Assembly: GCA_964406775.1 (NCBI GenBank)
Contig: CAYOSW010000004.1
Coordinates: 7,392 to 71,391 of the forward strand
Direction: 5' to 3'
Length of the DNA stretch: 64,000 nt
DNA from: an uncultured Gammaproteobacteria bacterium
GTDB taxonomy: Bacteria; Patescibacteriota; Microgenomatia; Daviesbacterales; UBA10151
Positions 47,695-56,734 of this stretch are shown here, piece by piece. Both the position numbers and the translations under genes were made by a program. The notes under the pieces were generated by a model. The model saw only the letters and a program-made list of their open reading frames with translations, searched no databases and was not told the DNA's origin. The first letter of the stretch is position 1. Each line of letters begins with the position of its first letter.

Positions 47695-48729
47695 ATGCAA
47701 AAAGCTAACCTGCCCTGGCTTTTCATTCTCAATGTTTTCCTGCTTGTTGTCCTTTTCATCTCGCTTTCTAAACCCGCTTCAGTAAAATCGGCACTTGCTG
47801 AGCATATTGTTATTTCCGAGGTTCAGATTGGCGGAGAATCCGCGAATGACGAGTTTGTTGAGCTTTATAATCCGACCGGTTCGGATTTGGATTTAACCGG
47901 CTGGAGACTTGCCAGAAAAACTTCCGGTACGTCATCTGCAAACCTTGTGACAACTATGAGCGGATCCATCCCCGCTCACGGATATTTCTTAGTTACTCCT
48001 CCGACAGGCTATACCGGTGCGGTACCGGCAGATTTAGTTTACTCCCCTGCCGGAACCAGAATCTCCGCCGACAATACTGTTTATCTTTACGGAAGCGATA
48101 GTGCAACTCTGGTTGATAAGGTAGCTATCGGCGATGGTGCGACTGACGGGGAAGGAAACCCCGCGCCTCTGCCGGGAGCGGGACAAAGCATAGAGCGAAA
48201 AGCTAAAACTTCTTCGACTTCAGAATCGATGGAATCGGGCGACGCAAACCAGGGTAACGGCGAGGACACAGACAACAATTCTGACGACTTCATTTTAAAG
48301 AGCGTCTCCGGACCTCAGGATTCAACATCTTCCGCAGAAATCCTCAGTGCCTCGCCTAGTCCGTCATCATCAGAGAGTGCCTCTCCTTCGGTTGAGCCTT
48401 CCGAAGAACCATCCGCCTCCCCGTCCGCATCTCCGAGTGCGGAACCGTCCGAATCTCCGAGTCCTTCTGCCTCAGCCAGCGCAACCCCAACTCCTTCTGC
48501 CTCCCCTAGCACAGCACCAAGCTCCTCTCCTTCGGCTCAACCCTCATCAAGCCCCAGTATGAGTCCCAGCGCTTCGTCATCTGCATCTCCAAGTACAAGT
48601 CCTCAACCGTCTCCTACTCCGAATCCGGGAAGGCCAAAATTGGTCTGCAAATTTGAGCCGATAAAAGTCAAGTTCGGTAAATTCGAGTTTACACTTTATA
48701 ATTTCTCCTGCCGGTGGACTAATTCTTAA
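47695..48729 (+). CDS. Secreted lamin-tail-domain protein with Ser/Pro-rich stalk
   Basis: VISEV...DEFVELYNP..DLTGW, DTDNNSDDF, long (S/P/A) tract. Confidence 0.85.
   Translation: MQKANLPWLFILNVFLLVVLFISLSKPASVKSALAEHIVISEVQIGGESANDEFVELYNPTGSDLDLTGWRLARKTSGTSSANLVTTMSGSIPAHGYFLVTPPTGYTGAVPADLVYSPAGTRISADNTVYLYGSDSATLVDKVAIGDGATDGEGNPAPLPGAGQSIERKAKTSSTSESMESGDANQGNGEDTDNNSDDFILKSVSGPQDSTSSAEILSASPSPSSSESASPSVEPSEEPSASPSASPSAEPSESPSPSASASATPTPSASPSTAPSSSPSAQPSSSPSMSPSASSSASPSTSPQPSPTPNPGRPKLVCKFEPIKVKFGKFEFTLYNFSCRWTNS
48347..48625 (+). repeat. Low-complexity Ser-Pro-Ala coding tract
   Basis: SPSPSS/SASPS-type degenerate repeats. Confidence 0.75.
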
Positions 48730-48749
48730 AGATCAAATATTATTCACGA

Positions 48750-49658
48750 ATGTTAAGGGAAGCGGGCTCTAATTGGGACTATAGATCCACCAGAATACAG
48801 GCGTACGGCATATTGGATAATCAGATTCAGAGCGAAGGAGGAATCTGGATTCCAAAAGGAGCACGAACCCACGCCTTAGGAAGGGTTGCTAGTCTTGAGC
48901 AACAGCTTAATCTGGCCAAGCGGGACCTACTGGTTGCAGAACTGGCAAGATATTACAGAGTAGCTTTTTGGGGAGGAACTAAACTAGGACCGGAAACAGA
49001 AGAGTATAAAGCCCAAACCGATTTAGCAAAGACAGTCACACTCGTTAGAGCTGTCGAAAATGCAGATAAGATACACGGCGGAGGAATAGATATCATAACC
49101 GGTGGCGGTCCGGGCTTGATGGAGGCTGCAAACAAAGGAGTACGGGAAGCAATTAACGATAGTTTGTCCAACGGAGACAGGATAATTACCGCAACAAGTC
49201 ACGGAGTTCTAATTACATCACTTCCGAATCAATCTGACAAAAATGAATTTGTTACTCACACTACTTTACATCACGAATTCGGAAGCCGTCTTGAAATGTT
49301 TCTGCTTAAAGCACACGGTGTTTTTGTGGGCGAAGGAGGTTTAGGCAGCGCACTGGAGCTCTTCTTTGCAATGCAGCTTAAACAGGTCGGACATATAGAA
49401 CCTGAGTACCCGATTATAGCCCACCCTCATTGGGAGCCGATTTTAAAAGCCGCCAAAGATCAAATGTATACCGGACGCGCAGAAAAACAACTCCCACTGC
49501 TAATTAGTGATACCGATTTAAATCTGGTTAAAATTGAAGGCGACCAAGCTGAGATCACCAGAATATTTGCAAACGGTTACGACAGGTGGTATGACAAATA
49601 CCATCGGCACTTTCATTTAACTGAACCCACTGACGGCATTAGCCCTATGGGCAATTAA
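48750..49658 (+). CDS. Divergent LOG-family protein
   Basis: VAFWGG, TGGGPGLMEAANKG, GGLGSALE. Confidence 0.75.
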   Translation: MLREAGSNWDYRSTRIQAYGILDNQIQSEGGIWIPKGARTHALGRVASLEQQLNLAKRDLLVAELARYYRVAFWGGTKLGPETEEYKAQTDLAKTVTLVRAVENADKIHGGGIDIITGGGPGLMEAANKGVREAINDSLSNGDRIITATSHGVLITSLPNQSDKNEFVTHTTLHHEFGSRLEMFLLKAHGVFVGEGGLGSALELFFAMQLKQVGHIEPEYPIIAHPHWEPILKAAKDQMYTGRAEKQLPLLISDTDLNLVKIEGDQAEITRIFANGYDRWYDKYHRHFHLTEPTDGISPMGN

Positions 49659-49825
49659 AACCCCTGAGTGAATTTATAAGCAACCCAAATCCCGGCCAAA
49701 CCTCCCGCTGCATTCCCGATAATTGAAGTAAAGGAAAGAAAGTCCGCTCCGAAGAGGACGGGCACATAACCTCCGATTAATGATCCGATAACCATTCCTA
49801 TAATAACCAACGTTTTACGGGACAT
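49655..49825 (-). CDS. Small 56-aa Gly-rich 2-TM membrane protein (not in the ORF track)
   Basis: MSRKTLVIIGMVIGSLIGGYVPVLFGADFLSFTSIIGNAAGGLAGIWVAYKFTQGF; starts 1 nt after the upstream stop. Confidence 0.75.
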   Translation of the reverse strand: MSRKTLVIIGMVIGSLIGGYVPVLFGADFLSFTSIIGNAAGGLAGIWVAYKFTQGF

Positions 49826-49826
49826 A

Positions 49827-50429
49827 TTAATTTTTCTTTTTTCCTAAGCGGTTACCCAACCAAATCAAAACAACCCCCACAAAACCCAGGAAAGATAGGA
49901 GCATAGCTACATTTATAAAAACTTTTAAGTAACTCCCTGAAGTAACCGGATTTAAAAACGGGTAAGGATACCAATGAACAAACGGGCCGCGGATCAGAGT
50001 ATATGCGGAGAATATTACTGGGAAGACGAGCCACTGAAGAACAATCTTGTATTCAAGCTTCTTACCCGAGGGAAATAATACCCAACCTAAAAATGAGGCT
50101 ATGGGCATAACGCCGTGGAGCGTTAAATTCACCCAGGGGTCAAGAGCCAGGGAATGTGCATTAACCAGAATTGACCAGTAAATAATTCCGGTTATTGTCA
50201 TATACAAAACCGCTGCTCCATATATCCAATCCAAGGTTTTTGAAGTTTTCCTAACTCCGGAAAATCCGAAGTATAAAAAAATTGCAGAGATGGTAATGTT
50301 GCTGAGAACCGTAAAGTAACTGAAAAAAATCACAATAACGTTCAGGGATAGAAGAAAGGCCGCAGTTAAAGCAGCAGTGTCGAGTATTCCGAAAAAAAGA
50401 AAGTAGAGCCTGGGAAAACTTCTTGGCAT
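49827..50429 (-). CDS. Pr6Pr/FAR-17a-AIG1-like membrane protein
   Basis: SYFTVLSN, LHGVMP, YPYPFLN. Confidence 0.8.
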   Translation of the reverse strand: MPRSFPRLYFLFFGILDTAALTAAFLLSLNVIVIFFSYFTVLSNITISAIFLYFGFSGVRKTSKTLDWIYGAAVLYMTITGIIYWSILVNAHSLALDPWVNLTLHGVMPIASFLGWVLFPSGKKLEYKIVLQWLVFPVIFSAYTLIRGPFVHWYPYPFLNPVTSGSYLKVFINVAMLLSFLGFVGVVLIWLGNRLGKKKN

Positions 50430-50469
50430 AAATTAACTATTCCACAAGCGTGGCGCTTAATCAATATAA

Positions 50470-50498
50470 TTGACAAACCTTTTTTTCTAATCTACCCT
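50470..50498 (+). promoter_or_regulatory. Promoter TTGACA-17-TACCCT, leaderless
   Basis: -10 ends 7 nt before ATG 50506. Confidence 0.6.
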
Positions 50499-50505
50499 TA
50501 ACACA

Positions 50506-50904
50506 ATGGGTGAAGAAAATACTGTAGGACTACTTCCGACAATGGGTTTTGCTCTGGTTTTGAGCATTATAGTCATCGTTTCTATTTGGAAGATTTTTGA
50601 AAAAGCCGGGAAACCGGGGTGGGCCGCCATTATCCCGATTTATAATATGTACGTTTTGCTAAAAATTGTCGGCCGGCCGGGGTGGTGGTTAATATTATTC
50701 TTCATCCCTATAGCCAATATTATTGTACCGTTCATAGTCGCCATTGATTTAGCTAAGGCGTTTAAAAGAAGTACACTATTTGGAATAGTACTTCTCGGGC
50801 TATTTTCATTTATAGGATATATGGTTCTCGGATTCGGCAAGTCTGTTTACACCAATGCGTCCTCAACCCCGGGTCAAACACCGCAACCAGCCCCTCAAAG
50901 TTAG
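50506..50904 (+). CDS. DUF5684 family membrane protein
   Basis: WKIFEKAGKPGWAAIIPIYN. Confidence 0.88.
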   Translation: MGEENTVGLLPTMGFALVLSIIVIVSIWKIFEKAGKPGWAAIIPIYNMYVLLKIVGRPGWWLILFFIPIANIIVPFIVAIDLAKAFKRSTLFGIVLLGLFSFIGYMVLGFGKSVYTNASSTPGQTPQPAPQS

Positions 50905-50929
50905 GCCCTTCTCCTGTTATACTTAATTT

Positions 50930-51691
50930 ATGCCCGCTTATGGATCCGGAAAAAGGCGTAAAAAAATTTTTACAGCCTTAGTCATTTGCCTCATTTTACT
51001 GTCGGTATTTTATCTTAACAGGTCTTATGCCAGAATTTTTGAATATACGAATCAATTTCCCGTTTCGAAAATTCAAGCTTCATATACTTTAACGGAAGGT
51101 CAGGGCTCAGAGGTACTTAAATACACAGCTCTGGGGGACAGTCTGACTTACGGATTCGGCGCCCCGGACTATCAAAACACGTATCCTTTCGTTTTCGCTA
51201 AAAAATTTCTAAACAAATACAAGTCGGTTGAGGTAAGCAATCTTGCCCGGCCCGGAGCCGTTTCTCAAGATGTAGTCACCTTTCAGTTACCTGAGGCTTT
51301 AGAGATAAATCCCGGATTTGTCACTTTGATGATTGGCACAAACGACGTACACGACTATGTCGGTGAAAAAGATTTTCAGCTTACTGTAGAAAAAATTGTG
51401 GATAGTCTTCAGGCAAATACGCAAGCCGGAATTCTACTGATAAATATTCCCTATCTTGGGACAGATTCTTTAATATTGCCGCCGTTTAATTATTTTATGG
51501 ACTACAGAATAAAAAGATACAATAAAATATTGCTTGAAATAGCAAAATCCAAAAAGATAAAATACTTTGATCTGTACACTTCATCTTTCAAAAACTTTAA
51601 AGATAATCAGGATATTTATTATTCTTACGACGGCTTTCATCCGTCCTCAGCCGGGTATATTTTTTGGGGAGATTTAATTAATGCTGATTAG
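50930..51691 (+). CDS. SGNH/GDSL hydrolase, membrane anchored
   Basis: GDSL, G.ND, DGFHPS. Confidence 0.92.
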   Translation: MPAYGSGKRRKKIFTALVICLILLSVFYLNRSYARIFEYTNQFPVSKIQASYTLTEGQGSEVLKYTALGDSLTYGFGAPDYQNTYPFVFAKKFLNKYKSVEVSNLARPGAVSQDVVTFQLPEALEINPGFVTLMIGTNDVHDYVGEKDFQLTVEKIVDSLQANTQAGILLINIPYLGTDSLILPPFNYFMDYRIKRYNKILLEIAKSKKIKYFDLYTSSFKNFKDNQDIYYSYDGFHPSSAGYIFWGDLINAD

Positions 51692-52772
51692 TATCCCAGA
51701 TCCCTACTTTCAAACCTCCGTCTTTTCAATAATTCTACTTCTGGCAGTTCTAATTACAGCCCAAAAAGATAAAAAACCGCACGAAATGAATATTGAGCAT
51801 ACTAATCAACTCAAAGGTGTTGCCATATTAATGGTTATTTTTTCCCACATCGGTTATTTCCTCGATTCGGGAAGATCCTTTCTTTATCCTCTTTCGGTCG
51901 CCGGAGGAGTCGGGGTAAATATCTTTCTTTTTCTTTCCGGATTCGGACTTACGATATCGGCTTTAAAATCTCATCACTCTGTTCTAGGTTTTTACTGGAA
52001 AAGATTATCCAGGATTTTCCTGCCAATGTGGCTCATTCTGGTTACATTCTTAACAATGGATTGTTTTTTTCTGAAGATCAAATATTCCCAAGAAACTTTA
52101 ACACATTTATTTTTTGGATTTGTCCCTTATGCCGATATATATTTGAGTTTTAATTCTCCGCTTTGGTATTTCACACTGATACTTTTTTATTATATGATAT
52201 TCCCTCTCGTATTCTGGAAAAAAGCACCGATTCTTTCTGCCGCTCTAATTTTAATTATCAGCGTTTTTGTTTTAAGACAAAATTTACCGGTCGTACCGGA
52301 TGTTTTAAAACTTTATAAACTTCACTTCATCGCGTTTCCTATCGGTATAACTTTTGCCATTCTCCAGAATTCAAAATACCGTTTAACAAGTTTAATTAAG
52401 GGCGTTAATCCCTTTTTACGGTATGTCCTGGTGTTCTTTTTAGTCTTATCCATAAGTTATACAGCAATACATTCGGGCGTAGGAGAAAAAACAACAATTG
52501 AACAATCAATCAGTTTAATAACTATGGCCTCGTTTATTTTTATAGTTTTGCTTTTTCCTTATCACTCAAAAGTTCTGGGAATTTTTGGGGTCTATTCCTA
52601 CGAGATTTATCTTATACAATGGCCGGTTTTATACCGCTATGATTTTCTGTATAAATATTTTCCTGCCGGAATCGCTACGGTGCTTTATCTTATTTTCTTT
52701 ATCGGTGTAAGTTTCCTGATCAAAAAAGCCGTTGATTCAATTTTCAGTATCCACTCCAGGAGAGAAAAGTAA
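51681..52772 (+). CDS. Acyltransferase-3 family membrane O-acyltransferase
   Basis: LKGVAILMVIFSH, GVNIFLFLSGFGL, KRLSRI, LWYF, SYEIYL. Confidence 0.9.
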   Translation: MLISIPDPYFQTSVFSIILLLAVLITAQKDKKPHEMNIEHTNQLKGVAILMVIFSHIGYFLDSGRSFLYPLSVAGGVGVNIFLFLSGFGLTISALKSHHSVLGFYWKRLSRIFLPMWLILVTFLTMDCFFLKIKYSQETLTHLFFGFVPYADIYLSFNSPLWYFTLILFYYMIFPLVFWKKAPILSAALILIISVFVLRQNLPVVPDVLKLYKLHFIAFPIGITFAILQNSKYRLTSLIKGVNPFLRYVLVFFLVLSISYTAIHSGVGEKTTIEQSISLITMASFIFIVLLFPYHSKVLGIFGVYSYEIYLIQWPVLYRYDFLYKYFPAGIATVLYLIFFIGVSFLIKKAVDSIFSIHSRREK

Positions 52773-52848
52773 TGTAAGGTTTGCTGGCGTACAAAAACGC
52801 TATTCGAACATACTATCAGACAACACAAGGTCAATTTAATATTCGGAA

Positions 52849-53388
52849 CTATCTATAAAAGAGACTAGTTGTATAAATAGTATTTGCATCGTCTTGTTTA
52901 TTGCTAACGAGGTAAAAATCAGTAAAAACTAATTCTTTGCAATCAGAAAGTTCATCGATAACCTTTTGTTGATGCTCTTTTGGAACAAACCAAACAACTT
53001 TTGTATACGGCGTTGCTACGGTATTGTCTCCAGCTCTTTCTCTAACAAATGCAACTAGATCTTCCGTCTGTTCTAATCCAAACTCAATCGCAATATGTTC
53101 TGCACCAGCCATTGTGACTTCATCTTTTATAAAAACCTTTTTAGTACGCAATTTAACAGGAAGAAAACGTTTCAAATCGTGCAAAAGATCAAGTTGATCC
53201 CGAACATCTCGGATTGAAGCATCGTGTATGAATGTTAAAGTTAAATGTCTAAAAACGTCGTATCCAGATATGGGATTAGGCTTTTTGCTGTATTTTTTCT
53301 CCAAATTGTCGAAGAATGCTTCCTGATCTTTGGAGAGGCGACCAAATATCCCAAGTGCTTTTATTGTATTTGAAGATAATTCAAGCAT
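52849..53388 (-). CDS. Hypothetical protein, possibly degenerate 2H phosphoesterase fold
   Basis: One HLT motif; second motif appears as PYT; TAGAAT 6 nt before ATG. Confidence 0.6.
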   Translation of the reverse strand: MLELSSNTIKALGIFGRLSKDQEAFFDNLEKKYSKKPNPISGYDVFRHLTLTFIHDASIRDVRDQLDLLHDLKRFLPVKLRTKKVFIKDEVTMAGAEHIAIEFGLEQTEDLVAFVRERAGDNTVATPYTKVVWFVPKEHQQKVIDELSDCKELVFTDFYLVSNKQDDANTIYTTSLFYR

Positions 53389-53423
53389 ACTCCTATTCTA
53401 GCATTTTAATTACTTGCTAGTAT

Positions 53424-53990
53424 CTAATGTTCATCGTTTTTTAATTTTTCTTTAATTATTCGATCTTTTCTCTTTATCTCCATTACTTCCTTGTAGATTT
53501 TATCAATGAGAGCTTGTGGAACTTGTTGAGGAAGACCTGTCTTTAGTTTTTCAGCAAATGCAATAGCTTTTTTTGCTCTATCTTGTAGTTGTTCAGGTAA
53601 TTGCTCAAGAGTTAAATGGTGAGCTTCTTTAGTATATCCATATTTGCTATATTTTGCAAAAAATTCATTGATATCTTTGACGTTCTTGCTACTACCAGTG
53701 GGATTTCTTGTATACAAAACAAACTCTTTGTCAGCTCTGCCAACATTGATAATGAAATCTTGTTTGAAAATAGGAGTTTTGATCTCGTGATGATATGTGT
53801 AAACTCCAATAACTTCATCTCCATTTGTAGGATATGAAGTAACTATCATTGCAGGAGAGACAAATTTTTCTGGGTAAATATTTTTTAGTGCTTTAAAAAA
53901 ATCTAGATGCGTTTTACACCAAGTGACTAATTCCTCTGAAAATGGCTGTAGTTCAAGTATCACTTCTTCCAGTGTAATTTTCTTGTTCAT
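53424..53990 (-). CDS. Hypothetical protein
   Basis: 188-aa ORF, no recognised motif. Confidence 0.65.
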   Translation of the reverse strand: MNKKITLEEVILELQPFSEELVTWCKTHLDFFKALKNIYPEKFVSPAMIVTSYPTNGDEVIGVYTYHHEIKTPIFKQDFIINVGRADKEFVLYTRNPTGSSKNVKDINEFFAKYSKYGYTKEAHHLTLEQLPEQLQDRAKKAIAFAEKLKTGLPQQVPQALIDKIYKEVMEIKRKDRIIKEKLKNDEH

Positions 53991-54014
53991 AAATACTTAT
54001 TTATTCATTTCAAA

Positions 54015-54572
54015 TTAACGATGGCGAGGTGCTGGATGGGTATAAATGTTTTTATGTAATGGAATAATTTCTAATGAAATACTTTTTATTGCTGTTATTA
54101 CCTGAGAAATTAGAATTAGAGCAGATGCGGTAAGTACTACCCACCAAACAATCGTCCAAATATTGGATCTCCACCAAGTATTTTTCAAAAACTTCGTCTC
54201 AGTTAATACGCGACCAGCTAAAATGCCTTCTCTATTAATCTTTACACTTGGTTGCTTAGGATCAGGTGCGTCTCCTACTTCTCCAAACCCATAAACTGGA
54301 AGACTTTCTAAAATATGGCGTGCACTACCTTGTATTCGTTCCTTTTCTTTTTCAGTAATAAATTTTTCTTCGACACAGTATTCTAAAGCATTCTTTACAT
54401 GGTTTATTCCTATGAAAGATCCGAGATGTTGGTGGTGGATACTTGCTCCCCAAACCAAAACTGCCTTGACACCACTCCAAAGCGTTTTTTCTCCTTTTTC
54501 ACTCTCAAACTCCATTAATTGTTGAAGAATGTCGAATTTTTTAAATGATGTAGGTGTAAATGGTAAATTCAC
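54015..54572 (-). CDS. Hypothetical protein with C-terminal TM helix
   Basis: 185-aa ORF, hydrophobic C-terminal segment. Confidence 0.6.
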   Translation of the reverse strand: MNLPFTPTSFKKFDILQQLMEFESEKGEKTLWSGVKAVLVWGASIHHQHLGSFIGINHVKNALEYCVEEKFITEKEKERIQGSARHILESLPVYGFGEVGDAPDPKQPSVKINREGILAGRVLTETKFLKNTWWRSNIWTIVWWVVLTASALILISQVITAIKSISLEIIPLHKNIYTHPAPRHR

Positions 54573-54772
54573 AAATGTTATTAGCTCATCCTTTCAAAAA
54601 TTGGTTCGAACCTAATGATAAAAGATAGGTTATTGTCGTTATACCCGCATAAACCATTCACTATTATTAGTGGAATGCAGGAAAAAATAGAGATTTTACT
54701 GGACGCATTCGAACCCGAAGAATTGCTTGATTTATCAACCTATTCGGATACTTCTAACCCTGTTATTCCGAG

Positions 54773-54791
54773 TTTGCTGCGGATCAGGGAT
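54773..54791. repeat. Exact 19-bp copy of the tRNA-Gln 3' end (TTTGCTGCGGATCAGGGAT; second copy at 54894-54912)
   Basis: Direct repeat with 121-bp period, att-like. Confidence 0.85.
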
Positions 54792-54897
54792 GAACACGAT
54801 TCGCCTGCGGCGAATTCCGAACCAAATCAAAGATTTAATCCGAATCCTTCCGTCCCAAAAGAAAATTTCCGCTTCAAGCGAAGCAAAATTTTCTTTG

Positions 54898-54968
54898 CTG
54901 CGGATCAGGGATTCGAACCCCAATAGACAGATCCAGAATCTGTCGTCCTACCATTAGACGAATCCGCA
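54898..54968 (-). tRNA. tRNA-Gln, anticodon CTG; CCA not encoded
   Basis: TGCGGAT/ATCCGCA acceptor stem, D arm GTCT-AATGGT-AGGAC, ACAGA-TTCTGGA-TCTGT anticodon arm, GGTTCGAATCC T arm, discriminator G. Confidence 0.96.
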
Positions 54969-55012
54969 ATATATATTACTTACTAATCAGTTCCGTCTAA
55001 TGGGGCGTGTTG

Positions 55013-55032
55013 CATTAGACGATCCCGCAATA
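55013..55032 (-). repeat. 18/20 copy of the tRNA-Gln 5' end plus flank, followed by an inverted copy at 54992-55003
   Basis: cattagacgaTCccgcaata versus cattagacgaATccgcaata (54952-54971). Confidence 0.75.
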
Positions 55033-55124
55033 AGTTTACAAATTTTACCAGAAATCAGCTTTCCAAACAATTTAATCTGTCTATGTTAAAAAAAGGCCGG
55101 CTTGTTTATAATCGCCTTAAACTT

Positions 55125-55469
55125 ATGGTCGAAAGTGCACAACACCCGGCGCCCGAAAGAGATAATCCATTTATCTTACCCGGAGAGCTGCCTTCCTGGC
55201 CAAGAATCTCCCTACAACCGCTTCGGGCCTTTGCTGAATCTTTGGCTCAAAGACAATCAGCATTCAGAAAGAGAATCCCCGCATATTCAGGAAGAATAAT
55301 TCTAGTCAGCGGATTATTAATCGGCGGAGGAACGGCTGTCTGGAGTTATAGCGACGAATTGGGGACCTTAGGAAAAGATATAAGTGCCGGAATTGTAGAT
55401 TTTTTCGGACCCCAACCTATCTATTTTGTAAACTCGGATTTCGGGCAAAAAGTTGAACCTATGCCTTAA
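55125..55469 (+). CDS. Hypothetical single-TM protein; start likely ATG 55125
   Basis: ORF with TM 'IILVSGLLIGGGTAVW'; TATAAT upstream. Confidence 0.55.
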   Translation: MVESAQHPAPERDNPFILPGELPSWPRISLQPLRAFAESLAQRQSAFRKRIPAYSGRIILVSGLLIGGGTAVWSYSDELGTLGKDISAGIVDFFGPQPIYFVNSDFGQKVEPMP

Positions 55470-55502
55470 TGGTCCGGGATTTTTCTGATACAATCAGAAT
55501 TT

Positions 55503-56732
55503 GTGGTTAGCAATCTGAAAACATTTTCTTCGTTAAAATTCCCTGATTTTAGAAATTACTATTTCGGTACTTTGTTTTCAGAAGTAGGAACCCAAATGCA
55601 GGTCGTTGCCGTAAATTGGCAGATTTACGAGATTACCCGTTCAGCTGCCTCACTTGGATTCGTCGGATTATCCGCCTTTCTGGCAGTAATAATTTTTTCT
55701 CTTCCTTCCGGACTGATTGTTGATAAATTAAATAGAAAAAAAGTTTTGCTTTTTTCCCAGATATTCCCCTGTTTTGTAGCTCTGACTCTGACAATGATGA
55801 GCTATTTCCACACTATTAATCCGCTTGCTATATATATTCTGGTTTTCTTAAGTTTTGCCGCGCTGGCTTTTCAGGGACCGGCCCGCCAGTCGATAATCCC
55901 TCAGCTTGTTCCCAAGGAATATTTTGTCAATGCATTTTCCCTTCAGACTATTGGCCGTCAGGTTTCACTTATGCTTGGTCCCGCAATTGCCGGATTTGTA
56001 ATTGAGTTTTTAGGCGTTGAGGCAGTTTATGCTTTTAATTCAATTACTTTCATCATCTATGTTCTTTTACTTATCCCGATACATATTAAGCCGCATACAA
56101 TCGTAAACGAGGTTTCATATTCTTTCAAATCGCTCTGGGAAGGCATACATTTTGTACTGACTAATCAGATATTAATCTACACTATGGCTTTGGATTTTAT
56201 TGCCAATTTCTTCTCCTCCGCCACAACTCTTCTTCCCATTTTTGCAAAAGATATTTTTATGATCGGCCCCAAAGGACTGGGGCTTTTGTACAGCGCTCCC
56301 GCGATCGGATCAACGATTGCGGGTTTAGTTATTGCCTCCGTCCATAAAATTAAAAACCAGGGCCTCTGGATTTTAGCCGGCGTCACTTTATACGGCGCGG
56401 CAACAGCCGCTTTCGGATTATCGGGTTCTTTTCTTGCGGCCATTATCTTCCTTTGCTTTGTCGGTGTAGGAGATATGATATCGGCAATCTTCCGGACCAC
56501 AATGCGCCAGATTCTTACGCCTGATCATTTGAAAGGCAGAATGATTGGCGTCAATATGATCTTTGTTCAGGGCGGACCTATGGCGGGAGAGGCGGAAGCC
56601 GGATTTGTCGCTCAATTCTTCGGGGCTCCGTTCTCAGTCGTCTCGGGCGGAATAATAACTGTTGCCTTAACGCTTCTTATAGCCTGGAAGGTTCCGAAGT
56701 TGAGAAAATACCAATCTCCTGTAATAATATAG
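55503..56732 (+). CDS. MFS transporter (EntS/DHA3-like)
   Basis: About 12 TM, GLIVDKLNRK motif A, PARQSIIP, RQILTPDHLKGR. Confidence 0.92.
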   Translation: MVSNLKTFSSLKFPDFRNYYFGTLFSEVGTQMQVVAVNWQIYEITRSAASLGFVGLSAFLAVIIFSLPSGLIVDKLNRKKVLLFSQIFPCFVALTLTMMSYFHTINPLAIYILVFLSFAALAFQGPARQSIIPQLVPKEYFVNAFSLQTIGRQVSLMLGPAIAGFVIEFLGVEAVYAFNSITFIIYVLLLIPIHIKPHTIVNEVSYSFKSLWEGIHFVLTNQILIYTMALDFIANFFSSATTLLPIFAKDIFMIGPKGLGLLYSAPAIGSTIAGLVIASVHKIKNQGLWILAGVTLYGAATAAFGLSGSFLAAIIFLCFVGVGDMISAIFRTTMRQILTPDHLKGRMIGVNMIFVQGGPMAGEAEAGFVAQFFGAPFSVVSGGIITVALTLLIAWKVPKLRKYQSPVII

Positions 56733-56734
56733 CT

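Larger units (their letters stand above)
52779..54612. mobile_element. Putative ~1.8-kb foreign islet of three orphan genes downstream of tRNA-Gln
   Basis: AT-rich and lacking the CCGG tetramer that is frequent elsewhere; TTCGAAC-containing tRNA-3'-like sites at both ends; no integrase. Confidence 0.45.

Noticed and set aside
48347-48625. Repetitive DNA as possible CRISPR or VNTR
   Set aside because: Degenerate at nucleotide level and explained by a Ser/Pro linker; no constant repeat-spacer pattern and no cas genes in the window
50437-50452. TATTCCACA as a DnaA box and the CCAC-aagc-GTGG palindrome
   Set aside because: Single imperfect match with no box cluster or origin context
54615-54957. 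ORFs 54615-54926, 54727-54957 and 54735-54923
   Set aside because: They overlap tRNA-Gln and its repeat; 'AADQGFEPQ' and 'RIRDSNP' are typical antisense translations of a tRNA T arm
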